A stretch of DNA of 64,000 nucleotides, taken from assembly GCA_963753125.1 (NCBI GenBank), contig CAVWAU010000006.1, positions 77,413 through 141,412 of the forward strand, read 5' to 3'. Shown here one piece after another: positions 48,922 through 57,873 of the stretch. The position numbers were made by a program, and so were the translations under genes. The number at the start of each line of letters is the position of its first letter. The stretch's first letter is position 1. The notes below the pieces were generated by a model. It had not been told where the DNA came from, searched no databases, and saw nothing but the letters and a program-made list of their open reading frames with translations. The stretch is from an uncultured Chloroflexia bacterium (GTDB taxonomy: Bacteria; Chloroflexota; Limnocylindria; QHBO01).

Positions 48922-49823
48922 CAGGACGCCTCCTTCGCCTCGCTGCTGTACTCGGCCAGGAATGTTTCCTCGAGCGTCGGCTCGCGGCTGACGAAGTCGA
49001 GCAGCTCGTAGCCGGCGGCGGCCCTGACCACCGGTGTGATTGGTCCGCTGACGCGCATGCGCAGGACGCCGTCCTCGGCAACGACCTCGCTGACGCCGGG
49101 CAGGCCCTCGAACTCGGCGCGCGGCGCCGGTCCCGTGAAGCGCAGCTCGACCTGGTGGTGGGCCATGTCGCGCAGCGCGTCGACACGGTCGATGCGGGTC
49201 AGCCGCCCGTCGCGGATGATCGCGACGCGGTCGCAGGTGCGCTCGACCTCCGACAGGATGTGGCTTGACATGAAGATCGTCCGGCCCTCCGCCTTGGCCT
49301 CGCGGATGACGCTGAAGAACTCCTGCTGGATGAGCGGGTCCAGTCCCGAGGTCGGCTCGTCGAGCATGAGCAGGTCCGGCCGATGCTGGAGCGCCACGAC
49401 CAGACCGACCTTCTGCTTGTTGCCCTTGGAGTACTCCTTGAACTTCCGGCTCGGATCGACCTCGAGGCGCTCGATGAGCTCGGCCTGGTAGGCCAGATCG
49501 ACGTTGCCACGCAGGTTCGCGAAGTACTCGATCGTCTGCCCCCCGGTCAGCTGGTCGTAGAGGGCGAACTCGCCCGGCAGGTAGCCGAGCCGCCGGTGGA
49601 TGGATACCGGGTCCGCGGTCGTCTCGATGCCGAACACCGTCGCGCGCCCGCTCGTCGGGCGGATGTGGTCGAGCAGGGTGCGGATGGTGGTCGTCTTGCC
49701 CGCGCCGTTGGGGCCGAGGAAGCCGAATGCCTCACCCTCGTTGACGGTGAGGTCGACGTCGACGATGCCACGATGGGGGCCGTAGGACTTGGTCAGCTGT
49801 TGGGTCTCGATCACCGCGGTCAC
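48921..49823 (-). CDS. ABC exporter ATP-binding subunit
   Basis: GPNGAGKTT, YSKGNKQK, LDEPTSGLDP, SSH. Confidence 0.96.
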   Translation of the reverse strand: MTAVIETQQLTKSYGPHRGIVDVDLTVNEGEAFGFLGPNGAGKTTTIRTLLDHIRPTSGRATVFGIETTADPVSIHRRLGYLPGEFALYDQLTGGQTIEYFANLRGNVDLAYQAELIERLEVDPSRKFKEYSKGNKQKVGLVVALQHRPDLLMLDEPTSGLDPLIQQEFFSVIREAKAEGRTIFMSSHILSEVERTCDRVAIIRDGRLTRIDRVDALRDMAHHQVELRFTGPAPRAEFEGLPGVSEVVAEDGVLRMRVSGPITPVVRAAAGYELLDFVSREPTLEETFLAEYSSEAKEAS

Positions 49824-50302
49824 GCGGTCACGTCCTTTCGTTCACCGATGGTTTCTCGCTCGTGCATTCGCTGGAGGATTGCGGGCCACTCCGCCTCGAA
49901 GAAGGCGTACAGGTCACGGATGTCGCGCAGCCGGGCCTGCGACTCCGGCGGCCGGTCCGCGACGAGCGCCAGCCCTGCCTCGGCCATCTCCCGGTTCTGC
50001 CGCAGACGCACGATCGCGACTTCCATGAGCCGATGCAGCGCGTCGGGCGGGATGTCGAAATACTCGCGCCGATCGCCCGGCCTGGTGCGGCGGCGGATGA
50101 GGCCGATCTGCTCCAGCAGGCGGGCCATCCCGCTCACCGAGCCGCGGCTGGCGTGCAGCCGTTCGGCGATCTCCGCCGCCGTCTGTTCGGGGGGCTCGCA
50201 GATGGCGAGATAGGCCCACATCCGACCGGCCATCGGCGGCATGCCGGCGCCAAAGACCCTCGCGGCCTCCTCGATGAAGCTGTCCTCGTCGGTGATACTC
50301 AC
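49820..50302 (-). CDS. GbsR/MarR-family transcriptional regulator
   Basis: GMPPMAGRMWAYL, TAAEIAERLHASRGSVS...L, PGDRREYF. Confidence 0.9.
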   Translation of the reverse strand: MSITDEDSFIEEAARVFGAGMPPMAGRMWAYLAICEPPEQTAAEIAERLHASRGSVSGMARLLEQIGLIRRRTRPGDRREYFDIPPDALHRLMEVAIVRLRQNREMAEAGLALVADRPPESQARLRDIRDLYAFFEAEWPAILQRMHERETIGERKDVTA

Positions 50303-50329
50303 GGCGTCGAGTCTGCGCCGTATCTCGTA

Positions 50330-50347
50330 TTTCAGTCAATACTGAAA
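50330..50347. promoter_or_regulatory. palindromic operator for the GbsR-type regulator
   Basis: Perfect 7-4-7 inverted repeat TTTCAGT-CAAT-ACTGAAA, 28-45 nt upstream of its start. Confidence 0.75.
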
Positions 50348-50423
50348 CACTCGATATTGAGGCGGTATTGAGGTCGAACAGGCCACGCAGGCGGATGCGT
50401 TAGAATCGGCCCTCGCGCGCTGG

Positions 50424-50498
50424 GCCGAAGTAGCTCAGGGGTAGAGCATCGGTTTCGTAAACCGACGGTCGTGGGTTCGAATCCCACCTTCGGCTCCA
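50424..50498 (+). tRNA. tRNA-Thr (anticodon CGT)
   Basis: Acceptor GCCGAAG/CTTCGGC, D-arm AGCTCAG..GTAGAGC, anticodon arm TCGGT-TTCGTAA-ACCGA, T-loop GGTTCGAATCC, encoded CCA; -10 TAGAAT at 50401. Confidence 0.97.
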
Positions 50499-50532
50499 CC
50501 GTTTCGGCACGCCACATGCGACTCAGATCCGC

Positions 50533-50790
50533 ATGGCTACGCCCGATCGCAATGCTCCCAAGCAACCCGTGGCTGATCTCCGAGCCCGCATCCGGCCAAG
50601 CGGGGTCGCCCGGCCGGCGCACGTCGCGCCGGTGGCGGTGAGACTCGCATCCGGGCTCGCCATGCTGGTGAGCACCTCGCACGCTGCCTTCCTCGTCCAT
50701 CGCGACGGCGCCGAGGTGCTCGGCAATCTCGACATCCGCCAGCGCGCATCGTTCCTGGCGGCGCTTCGCCACCTTCGGGAAGCCGCCTGA
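50533..50790 (+). CDS. hypothetical protein (85 aa)
   Basis: Fills the gap after the tRNA, convergent with the next gene; no motif recognised. Confidence 0.45.
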   Translation: MATPDRNAPKQPVADLRARIRPSGVARPAHVAPVAVRLASGLAMLVSTSHAAFLVHRDGAEVLGNLDIRQRASFLAALRHLREAA

Positions 50791-50810
50791 TCACCGTATC
50801 GGCTCCGCCG

Positions 50811-51593
50811 TCAGGGGGCCGATTCAAGCCTCTCCTGGAGGTCGATGAGCGGCTGCTGACTGACGTTGATCAAGCCGTCCTGTGGCCGGTCGAGGTCGAT
50901 CACGAGCCAGAGGACGGCCCCGAGCGAGATGACGAGCACGGCGACGATGACCGGGCTCCGCCGCCGGTCGAGCCCGGCGTTGTACCCGACGAGCCCGAGG
51001 CTGAGAAGGACGCCGGCCACGAGCAACCAGAGGATCGTCGGCGGCACGCGGGCGTAGACCCCCGCGACGAATCGGGTCGTGTGCAGGTCGATGATCTCGT
51101 TCACCGACTCCACGTAGAGCGCGACGACGTCCGAGCCCTCGGTGCGGGCGGTTTCCTCGGCGATCGCCCACAGGTCAACCTGGATCTCCATCGATCGCTC
51201 GATGTTCGCATTGACCTCGGCCACGTCCGAAGTGGCAATGCGCAGCGGGACGTACTCGCGCAGGAGTGCCCGGGAGTCAGGCGACGCGGGTTCCGACAGG
51301 TAGCCAGCACGGAGATACGCGGTCCCCAGGGCATTCGCTTCCTGCAGCACGAGCCCTCGGCGTGTGTCGAATCGGTCAGATGCGATGCCCATCGTGATCG
51401 CCAGCAGGAAGGCCATCAGCCCGAGGATGGCGCCCACGATCACGCCTGTGGGCCCCTCCGGCGCATCGGGGTTCCGCTCCTTGAACCAGGCACCGCTTCG
51501 GAAGCCGATCTCGTAGGCGGCCAGGCTGAGGAGCACGAACGCGCCGAGGAGCACGATGATCGGGACGCGATCGAGCGGCTGCTGGGTGATCAT
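50811..51593 (-). CDS. membrane protein, DUF4239/bestrophin-like
   Basis: GLMAFLLAIT, RFDTRR..V..EANALGTAYLRA, IDLDRPQDGLI; 4 TM helices. Confidence 0.75.
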   Translation of the reverse strand: MITQQPLDRVPIIVLLGAFVLLSLAAYEIGFRSGAWFKERNPDAPEGPTGVIVGAILGLMAFLLAITMGIASDRFDTRRGLVLQEANALGTAYLRAGYLSEPASPDSRALLREYVPLRIATSDVAEVNANIERSMEIQVDLWAIAEETARTEGSDVVALYVESVNEIIDLHTTRFVAGVYARVPPTILWLLVAGVLLSLGLVGYNAGLDRRRSPVIVAVLVISLGAVLWLVIDLDRPQDGLINVSQQPLIDLQERLESAP

Positions 51594-51605
51594 CTCGGCG
51601 ATCCC

Positions 51606-52688
51606 TCAGGACCCGGGCGGCGGCGGCTGGGTGGGTGGCGTACCGCCGGGCAGGTCGTCGGGTGGAAGGTCCTCGGGCGGCGTCGCCTCGTCCGCCACAC
51701 CGAGCTCCTCGGGCTGCTCCTTCTGGACCTGGTACCAGACCAAGAGTGCGCCTCCGCCGATCCCGAGCACCGCGAGGACGGCGAGCCACGGAAGTGGACC
51801 CGGTCCCTGGTCGCCCGGCTCGGCGCTCGGCGATGGGGACGGTCCCGGCGATGGGCTTGTAGTGGCCGACGGAGACGGCGAAGGCGAGGGTGAAGGAGAC
51901 GCCGACGGCGTGGCACTCGCCGTGGGCGAGGCAGTGGCACTAGCCGTGGGCGACGGAGTAGCACTCGGAGTCGGAGTCGGAGTCGGAGTCGGAGTCGGGG
52001 TCGGTGTCGGCGACGGAGTTGGCGAGGGCGATGGAGTTGGCGAGGGCGAAGGGCTGGGGGAGGGAGACGGGCTGGGCGAGGGCGACGGGCTGGGCGAGGG
52101 CGAAGGCGATGGTGATGGCGAGGCCGTCGGCTCCAGGGTCGGTGACGGTGACGCGGTGGGGGCGATGGTCGATGTCGGCGAGGCCGATGCGGTCGGACTC
52201 GAGTCCGGGCTCTCCGCAGCATTCGGGCACTCGATCTCCAGGCCCTCGACGGTGTTCAGGAAGGTGTCCATGACATCGACCGCACGCTGGACGTCACCCA
52301 TCGCCTCGGTCACGGTGGCGGGGTCACCCGACTCGACCGCCGCCCGCAGGTTCGTCGCCGCGAGCTCGGTTGCATCCAGCGCAGTCTGGAACGTCGCTCG
52401 GATGACCGGCCCGAGGTCGTCCTCGGATGCCGCATCGAGCTCGGCCTGGCCGTCGGCCCGCGCCGCGTCCATGCTGTCGATGGCCGCCAGCGCCGCCTCG
52501 TTCTCCGGTGTTCCGGCCTGGGCCACGAGCTCCGGGTCGAGGGCTAGCAGCTCGTTCAGATCGGCCTGGATCTGGGTGCCGTAGCCAAACAGGCCGCACG
52601 CGGCGGTCTGCACCGTCCCGCAGCCGGCGAGCACGGCGAGCACCACCGTCAGGATCAGAGTCGAGGGCCGGAGACGGCGAGTCCGCAT
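51606..52688 (-). CDS. lipoprotein with helical domain, (SP)n/(TP)n stalk and C-terminal TM
   Basis: MRTRRLR...LAGC signal; Ser/Thr/Pro repeats; [19 protein letters not shown] anchor; acidic Pro-rich tail. Confidence 0.75.
   Translation of the reverse strand: MRTRRLRPSTLILTVVLAVLAGCGTVQTAACGLFGYGTQIQADLNELLALDPELVAQAGTPENEAALAAIDSMDAARADGQAELDAASEDDLGPVIRATFQTALDATELAATNLRAAVESGDPATVTEAMGDVQRAVDVMDTFLNTVEGLEIECPNAAESPDSSPTASASPTSTIAPTASPSPTLEPTASPSPSPSPSPSPSPSPSPSPSPSPSPSPTPSPSPTPSPTPTPTPTPTPTPTPSATPSPTASATASPTASATPSASPSPSPSPSPSATTSPSPGPSPSPSAEPGDQGPGPLPWLAVLAVLGIGGGALLVWYQVQKEQPEELGVADEATPPEDLPPDDLPGGTPPTQPPPPGS
51830..52200 (-). repeat. low-complexity coding repeat (SP/TP dipeptides; GGAGTC hexamers)
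   Basis: GGAGTC tandem run at about 51968-51997; long SPSPSP and TPTPTP tracts. Confidence 0.85.
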
Positions 52689-52758
52689 AGGTTGGTGCAA
52701 GGACCTTCGAAGGATGTCGCTCCCTGTACGTGAGCAAACGCCCCTCCGGATGGGCGGA

Positions 52759-53802
52759 TCAGGCGATGAGGTCGCCCGTGACCTCCGCGAGCGAGCGGCA
52801 GCCGGCGAGGGCCATCGCCAGCGAGAGCTCGTCGCGCAGCAGCTCGATGACGTGCTGGACGCCATCCGCTCCGTCCACCGCAAGGCCCCAGAGCGCTGGT
52901 CGACCGATGGCGACCAGATCCGCGCCGAGGGCGAGGCCCTTGAGGACGTCGATCCCGCGCCGCACGCCGCCGTCGACGACGAGCAGCGCTCGATCGCCGA
53001 CCGCCTCGGCGATCTCGGGGAGGGCGTCGGCAGCCGCCACGGACGTGTCGAGCTGCCGCCCACCGTGGTTGCTGACCCAGACTCCGTCGCAGCCGGCGTC
53101 GACCGCCCGGGCCGCGTCATCGGCGCGCAGGACGCCCTTTACCAGCAGGGGGATGGGGCAGACGGAGCGCAGCCAGGCGAGCTCGTCCCAGTCGAAGGTC
53201 GGCAGGACGACGATGCCGGTCTCGGGATCGACGGGCTGCTCGGGCGGCAGATGCACGCCGAGGTCGATCTCGAAGCCACTGCGCCGATCGCGCTCGCGGT
53301 TGCCCGGGAGCGGCAGGTCGACGGTGACCGCCACCGCGGAGTAGCCGGCGGCAGCGGCCCGCTCGACGAGCGCCCGGCAGCCGTCACGGTCGGCTGGCGC
53401 GTAGAGCTGGAACCACCGCGCGCCGACGGGTGCGGCGGCCGCGACCTCCTCCATCGGCACCGAGGAGATCGTCGACAGCGTGAAGAGCCCGCCGGCGGCC
53501 GCAGTCCCGCGGGCGGTGGCGCGCTCGGCATCGGGATGGGAGATCGAGTGGTCGGCGGTGGGTGCCACGACGATGGGATTGCCAAGCTCAACGCCGAAGG
53601 CGGTCGTCGACAGATCACGCTCGGCGACGTTGACGAGGACGCGCGGGCGGAGCCGGATCCGGTCCCAGGCTGCGCGGCTGTCGGCCAGCGAGATCTCGTC
53701 GCCGGCGCCGCCGGCCTGGTAGTCCCAGGCGGCGGCATCGGTCCGCTCACGGGCGAGCGGCTCGTAGTCGGCGATGGTGATCGGGCGCGAAGCATCGGTC
53801 AT
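52759..53802 (-). CDS. FMN-dependent alpha-hydroxy-acid oxidase/dehydrogenase
   Basis: [50 protein letters not shown]. Confidence 0.95.
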   Translation of the reverse strand: MTDASRPITIADYEPLARERTDAAAWDYQAGGAGDEISLADSRAAWDRIRLRPRVLVNVAERDLSTTAFGVELGNPIVVAPTADHSISHPDAERATARGTAAAGGLFTLSTISSVPMEEVAAAAPVGARWFQLYAPADRDGCRALVERAAAAGYSAVAVTVDLPLPGNRERDRRSGFEIDLGVHLPPEQPVDPETGIVVLPTFDWDELAWLRSVCPIPLLVKGVLRADDAARAVDAGCDGVWVSNHGGRQLDTSVAAADALPEIAEAVGDRALLVVDGGVRRGIDVLKGLALGADLVAIGRPALWGLAVDGADGVQHVIELLRDELSLAMALAGCRSLAEVTGDLIA

Positions 53803-53821
53803 GAATCCCGATAATGCCCGG

Positions 53822-54748
53822 ATGCAACGACCCGCTGTTCTGAACATCGGCAACGCCGTCCTGGTGACGGCCGCCGTCATCGGTCTCCTTCTCGCCTCGT
53901 GCTCTCCGGAAGAGCCCGCCGCCAGCCCCAGCCCATTGGCGACTCCCGAGCCAACCGCCTCGCCGACGCTATCAGCGGAGCTCATGGACCGACCCTGGAA
54001 CGTCCTCTATGTGGGCACCGATCTCAACGAGCGGCGGGAGGACGAGGGCCAGCCTTCGAACACCGATGCGCTCATGCTCGTCAGCCTGTCGGCCGACCAG
54101 TCGGAGCTGACACTGGTGTCGCTGCCGCGCGACACGGTCGACATCCCGCTGGCGGACGGCTCGATCTACCCGCGCAAGATCAACGGCCTCTACCTCGAGC
54201 AGGGGATCGATGCGCTGGTGGGTGCCATGGAGACGCTCTACGAAGTGGAAATCGACGGCCACGTCGTGCTCGACATGGACGACTTCGTCGCCCTGGTCCA
54301 GGCCGTTGACGGCGTGGAGGTGACGCTCGAAGAGCCGCTGGTCGACCCAATCGTCAACCTCTCGCTGGAGCCGGGCACCCAGACGCTCGACGCGGCCGAG
54401 GCGCTCGGGTACGTGCGGACGCGCGTCGATGAGGACTACGGTCGCATGGGCCGCCAGCAGGAGGTGATCGTGGAGCTCGTCGACCGCCTGGTGGATCCGG
54501 AGAGGGAGCTCGACCTCACCGCGCTCATCGACGGGCTCGACTCGCTCGAGACCGATCTGCCCTTCGACGAGCTGCCGACGCTGATCGAGCTGGGGCGGCG
54601 AGCGGCCGATGCCGAGGTCACCGAGCTCGTGATCGGGCCGCCGGAGCTGATCGTCTTCGAGGGCGACCGCGGCGACGGCCGCGGCTACATCCTGGAGCCG
54701 GACGTCGAAGCCATCCGGGCCGAGGTGCAGGAGCTCATCGGCGAGTAG
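53822..54748 (+). CDS. LCP (LytR-CpsA-Psr) family protein
   Basis: VLYVGTD, NTDALMLV, VSLPRDT.V, KING.Y, YVRTR...DYGRMGRQQ. Confidence 0.92.
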   Translation: MQRPAVLNIGNAVLVTAAVIGLLLASCSPEEPAASPSPLATPEPTASPTLSAELMDRPWNVLYVGTDLNERREDEGQPSNTDALMLVSLSADQSELTLVSLPRDTVDIPLADGSIYPRKINGLYLEQGIDALVGAMETLYEVEIDGHVVLDMDDFVALVQAVDGVEVTLEEPLVDPIVNLSLEPGTQTLDAAEALGYVRTRVDEDYGRMGRQQEVIVELVDRLVDPERELDLTALIDGLDSLETDLPFDELPTLIELGRRAADAEVTELVIGPPELIVFEGDRGDGRGYILEPDVEAIRAEVQELIGE

Positions 54749-54933
54749 GGCCGTTGCGTGCTACACGCCGTGACCTTACGACCGCCCAGGTGGGGGCGTC
54801 AGCGCAATCGGCTACGCGGGGTAGCGGCGCGGACGTGATCCGGTCGCATCGGTCATACCGCGTGCCGATCGGTCGAACGCCGGGCTGCTATGTGGCCGTA
54901 GGGCTACAGCTGGTAGCGCCCACGGCGGTAGCC

Positions 54934-55656
54934 CTACTCGGCGCTCTCGCCCTCGCTCTGAGCGCCGTCCCGCTCGGCCGCGGCACCTTCGCCGCCCTCG
55001 GCGGGCGCGCCCTCCTCGCCCTCGACACCCTCGGCCTCGGCAGCCGCAGCGGCCTCGAGCTCCTCCTCGGTGAGGACCGGCTCCGGCTCCTCCTCGATCC
55101 GCGGCGGGACGACGGTGGCGACGAGTGTGTCGCCATCGGTCAGGACGTGGACGAGGTCGCGGTTGAAGCTGAGGTCGCGGACGTGGATGGCGACGTCGAG
55201 GCTGTGGAGTACCGAGACGTCGACGACAATCTGCTGCGGGATGTCGGTCGGGAGGGCCTTGACGTGCAGGCTCGACAGGTTGTGCAGCAGGGTCCCGCCG
55301 GTCTCCTCGACGGCCGGCGCCTCGCCCGTGAAGACGAGCGGCACGTCGATCTCCATCTCCTGCTTGAGGTTGACGACGAAGAAGTCGACGTGGATCGCGC
55401 CGCCGCTGAGCGGGTTGCGCTGGACGCTCTTGATGATGCCGCTGGTCGTCCCGCTCTTGCCCGGCAGGTGCATGTCGACCACCGAGGTGCGGCCGGCCTT
55501 GCGATAGAGGGTCTCGAAGACCTTCCCGTCAACCTGCACCGGGGTCGACTCCTCGCCCTTGCCAAAGACGATGCCCGGCACGATGCCGATGCGGCGCAGC
55601 CGCTTGTTGGCCTTGCCGTGGGCCTCGCGCGCGTCGAGGGTGAGCTCCAGGTCCAT
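54934..55656 (-). CDS. rplY: 50S ribosomal protein L25 (long Ctc form)
   Basis: KRLRRIGIVPGIVFG, VQRNPL...HVDF, VPLVFTGEAP, LPTDIP, acidic tail. Confidence 0.96.
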   Translation of the reverse strand: MDLELTLDAREAHGKANKRLRRIGIVPGIVFGKGEESTPVQVDGKVFETLYRKAGRTSVVDMHLPGKSGTTSGIIKSVQRNPLSGGAIHVDFFVVNLKQEMEIDVPLVFTGEAPAVEETGGTLLHNLSSLHVKALPTDIPQQIVVDVSVLHSLDVAIHVRDLSFNRDLVHVLTDGDTLVATVVPPRIEEEPEPVLTEEELEAAAAAEAEGVEGEEGAPAEGGEGAAAERDGAQSEGESAE

Positions 55657-55808
55657 GGGTGTCGTGAGTTCCTCTGTGGTGGGCCGCCGGGGGCAGCACC
55701 GATCGAGTCGAAGAGCGCCGTGTGCGAGCCGGCATGGTACCCGCCGAGCGCACGAGCGGCAACCGGGTCAACCGAACCGATCCGGAACGGACCGCGTATC
55801 ACTGGCGG

Positions 55809-57104
55809 ATGAGGAACCGCCTTCGAACCCCGGCCGCCACGCTCCTGGCACTGCTGGTGGCCGCCGGCTGCGCGGCGCCAGGGCCATCCGCCAGCCAGGC
55901 CGATGCATCCGCCTCGCCTTCGGCCTCCCCCGCCGCGACCCCCGAGCCCGATCGCGTTGCCCGCGACCTCGACCAGCTCGTCTCGTCGCTCGACTCCACG
56001 CATCCGAACGCGTGGCACGGGATCGCGCGGGAGGAATTCGTCGCGGCGCTCGACGGGTACGAGGCGGCGCTGCCCGGATACACGCCGGAGGAGGCGGTCG
56101 TGGAGCTCATGCGCGTCGTTGCGCTGCTGAGCCGGGAGGGGCGCGACGGCCACCAGTTCGCGATCCCCCAGCAGGGCAGCGAGCCGCCGGTACTGCCGAT
56201 CACCGTCTACGAGTTCGACGAGGGCGTGACCATCACGGCCGCCGCACCGCCGCACCAAGGGCTGGTCGGCGGCTCGATCACGGCCATCGCCGGCACGCCG
56301 ATCAACGACGTGCTGGCAGCGATCGAGCCCCTCGTACCACGCGACGGCCCGGCCACGGTGCCCGCCTTCCGGCCGATCTTCCTGCCGCGGACCGAGGTGC
56401 TGCGCGGGCTCGGGATCATCGGCGACGGGCCTGTCGAGCTGGCGATCGACCATCACGGGCTCGAGCTCGTCGAGAGCGTCGAGCCGATCCCGTTCGACAC
56501 CTACCAGGAGTTCCTCGACGGCCGGGCCATGCACCAGCTGCCGGCCAGTGACCGCTCGCGCTACCTGACCGATCCCGAGCCGTTGACTGTCGAGGAGATG
56601 GAGGGCGGGGTGCTCTACATCCGCTATCGGAACGTCGTCGCGCCATCGGTGAGCGATGCGCGCGAGCTGGTCGAGGGCGGATCGATCGGGCGCCTGGTGC
56701 TCGACCTGCGCCAGAATCCCGGCGGCGACAACACCACCTACGGCCCGCTGCTCGATCTGGTGCGAGACTTCGCGGCAGCCCATCCGGGCGAGCTGCGGGT
56801 GCTCACCGACCGAGTCACGTTCAGCGCGGCCTCGAATCTGGCGACCGAGATCGAGCAGAGCACCGATGCGGTCTTCGTCGGCGAGCCCATGGCCGGCGGC
56901 CTCAACTTCTGGAACGACGTCAACTACGTGCGCCTCGACTCGCTGCCTGTACCGATGCAGGTGGGCGTGAGCACCCACTACTGGGAGTTCGCCGAGCCCG
57001 ACGACCCGCGCCTGACCATCGAGCCTGACGTCGCGATTCCGGCCAGCTCCGAGGACTTCCTGAGCGGCGGCGACCCGGTGCTCGATGCCGCGCTGGCCGA
57101 CTGA
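55809..57104 (+). CDS. S41-family peptidase lipoprotein
   Basis: AAGC lipobox; LVLDLRQNPGGD, LTDRVTFSAAS, VFVGEP, IEPDV. Confidence 0.82.
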   Translation: MRNRLRTPAATLLALLVAAGCAAPGPSASQADASASPSASPAATPEPDRVARDLDQLVSSLDSTHPNAWHGIAREEFVAALDGYEAALPGYTPEEAVVELMRVVALLSREGRDGHQFAIPQQGSEPPVLPITVYEFDEGVTITAAAPPHQGLVGGSITAIAGTPINDVLAAIEPLVPRDGPATVPAFRPIFLPRTEVLRGLGIIGDGPVELAIDHHGLELVESVEPIPFDTYQEFLDGRAMHQLPASDRSRYLTDPEPLTVEEMEGGVLYIRYRNVVAPSVSDARELVEGGSIGRLVLDLRQNPGGDNTTYGPLLDLVRDFAAAHPGELRVLTDRVTFSAASNLATEIEQSTDAVFVGEPMAGGLNFWNDVNYVRLDSLPVPMQVGVSTHYWEFAEPDDPRLTIEPDVAIPASSEDFLSGGDPVLDAALAD

Positions 57105-57160
57105 GGCTGCGTGAAGGGATCTTCACCGGATGCGAAACGGGTCCGACACGGGCGGATTCC

Positions 57161-57166
57161 TATACT
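57161..57166 (+). promoter_or_regulatory. -10 element TATACT of a probable leaderless promoter
   Basis: 8 nt before ATG 57175; no SD. Confidence 0.6.
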
Positions 57167-57174
57167 TCGCGGGA

Positions 57175-57873
57175 ATGGCAGGCACGATCATGATCGTCGA
57201 GGATGAGCCCGCCGTCGCGCGCGGCGTGCAAGTGGCGCTCGAGCGCGAGGGCTACACGGTCAGCGTGCAGCCCACCGGCGAGGATGCGATCGCCAACTTC
57301 GCCGATGCGGCGCCCGACCTCGTGGTTCTCGACGTGCGCCTGCCGGGGATCGACGGCTTCGAGGTGCTCCGCCAGCTGCGTCGCGACACGCGGGCGCCGG
57401 TCCTCTTCCTCACCGCGCGTGCCGACGAGGTCGACAAGGTGGTCGGCCTCGAGATGGGCGCCGACGACTACCTCGTCAAGCCGTTCAGCGTGCGCGAGCT
57501 GGTGAGCCGGATCAAGGCGCTGCTGCGCCGTGCCTACGGCGAGCTCGCCGACACGCAGACCGGGCGCACGCTGCGCCGGGGTGACCTCGTGATCGACCTC
57601 GAGCGCCGGCGCGTGACGCGCGGCGATGACCGCATCGGTCTGACCACCACCGAGTTCGACCTTCTCCGCCATCTCGCCTCGCGGCCCGGCCGCGTGTTCA
57701 CCCGTGGGCAGCTCCTCGAGCTCGTGCGCGACTACGACGATGCCCTCGAGCAGGACGAGCGGACGATCAACGTCCACATCAGCCACATCCGCGACAAGGT
57801 CGAGCCGGATCCGTCGCAGCCTCGCTACATCCGCACGGTGCGGGGCGTCGGTTATGCCTTCGCCGAGGACTGA
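57175..57873 (+). CDS. OmpR/PhoB-family response regulator
   Basis: VED, LVVLDVRLPGIDG, FLTAR, GADDYLVKPF, RTINVHISHIRDKVE, IRTVRGVGY. Confidence 0.97.
   Translation: MAGTIMIVEDEPAVARGVQVALEREGYTVSVQPTGEDAIANFADAAPDLVVLDVRLPGIDGFEVLRQLRRDTRAPVLFLTARADEVDKVVGLEMGADDYLVKPFSVRELVSRIKALLRRAYGELADTQTGRTLRRGDLVIDLERRRVTRGDDRIGLTTTEFDLLRHLASRPGRVFTRGQLLELVRDYDDALEQDERTINVHISHIRDKVEPDPSQPRYIRTVRGVGYAFAED

Noticed and set aside
50424-52750. Genomic island or prophage integrated at tRNA-Thr
   Set aside because: No integrase and no duplicated tRNA 3' end (att) seen in the window.
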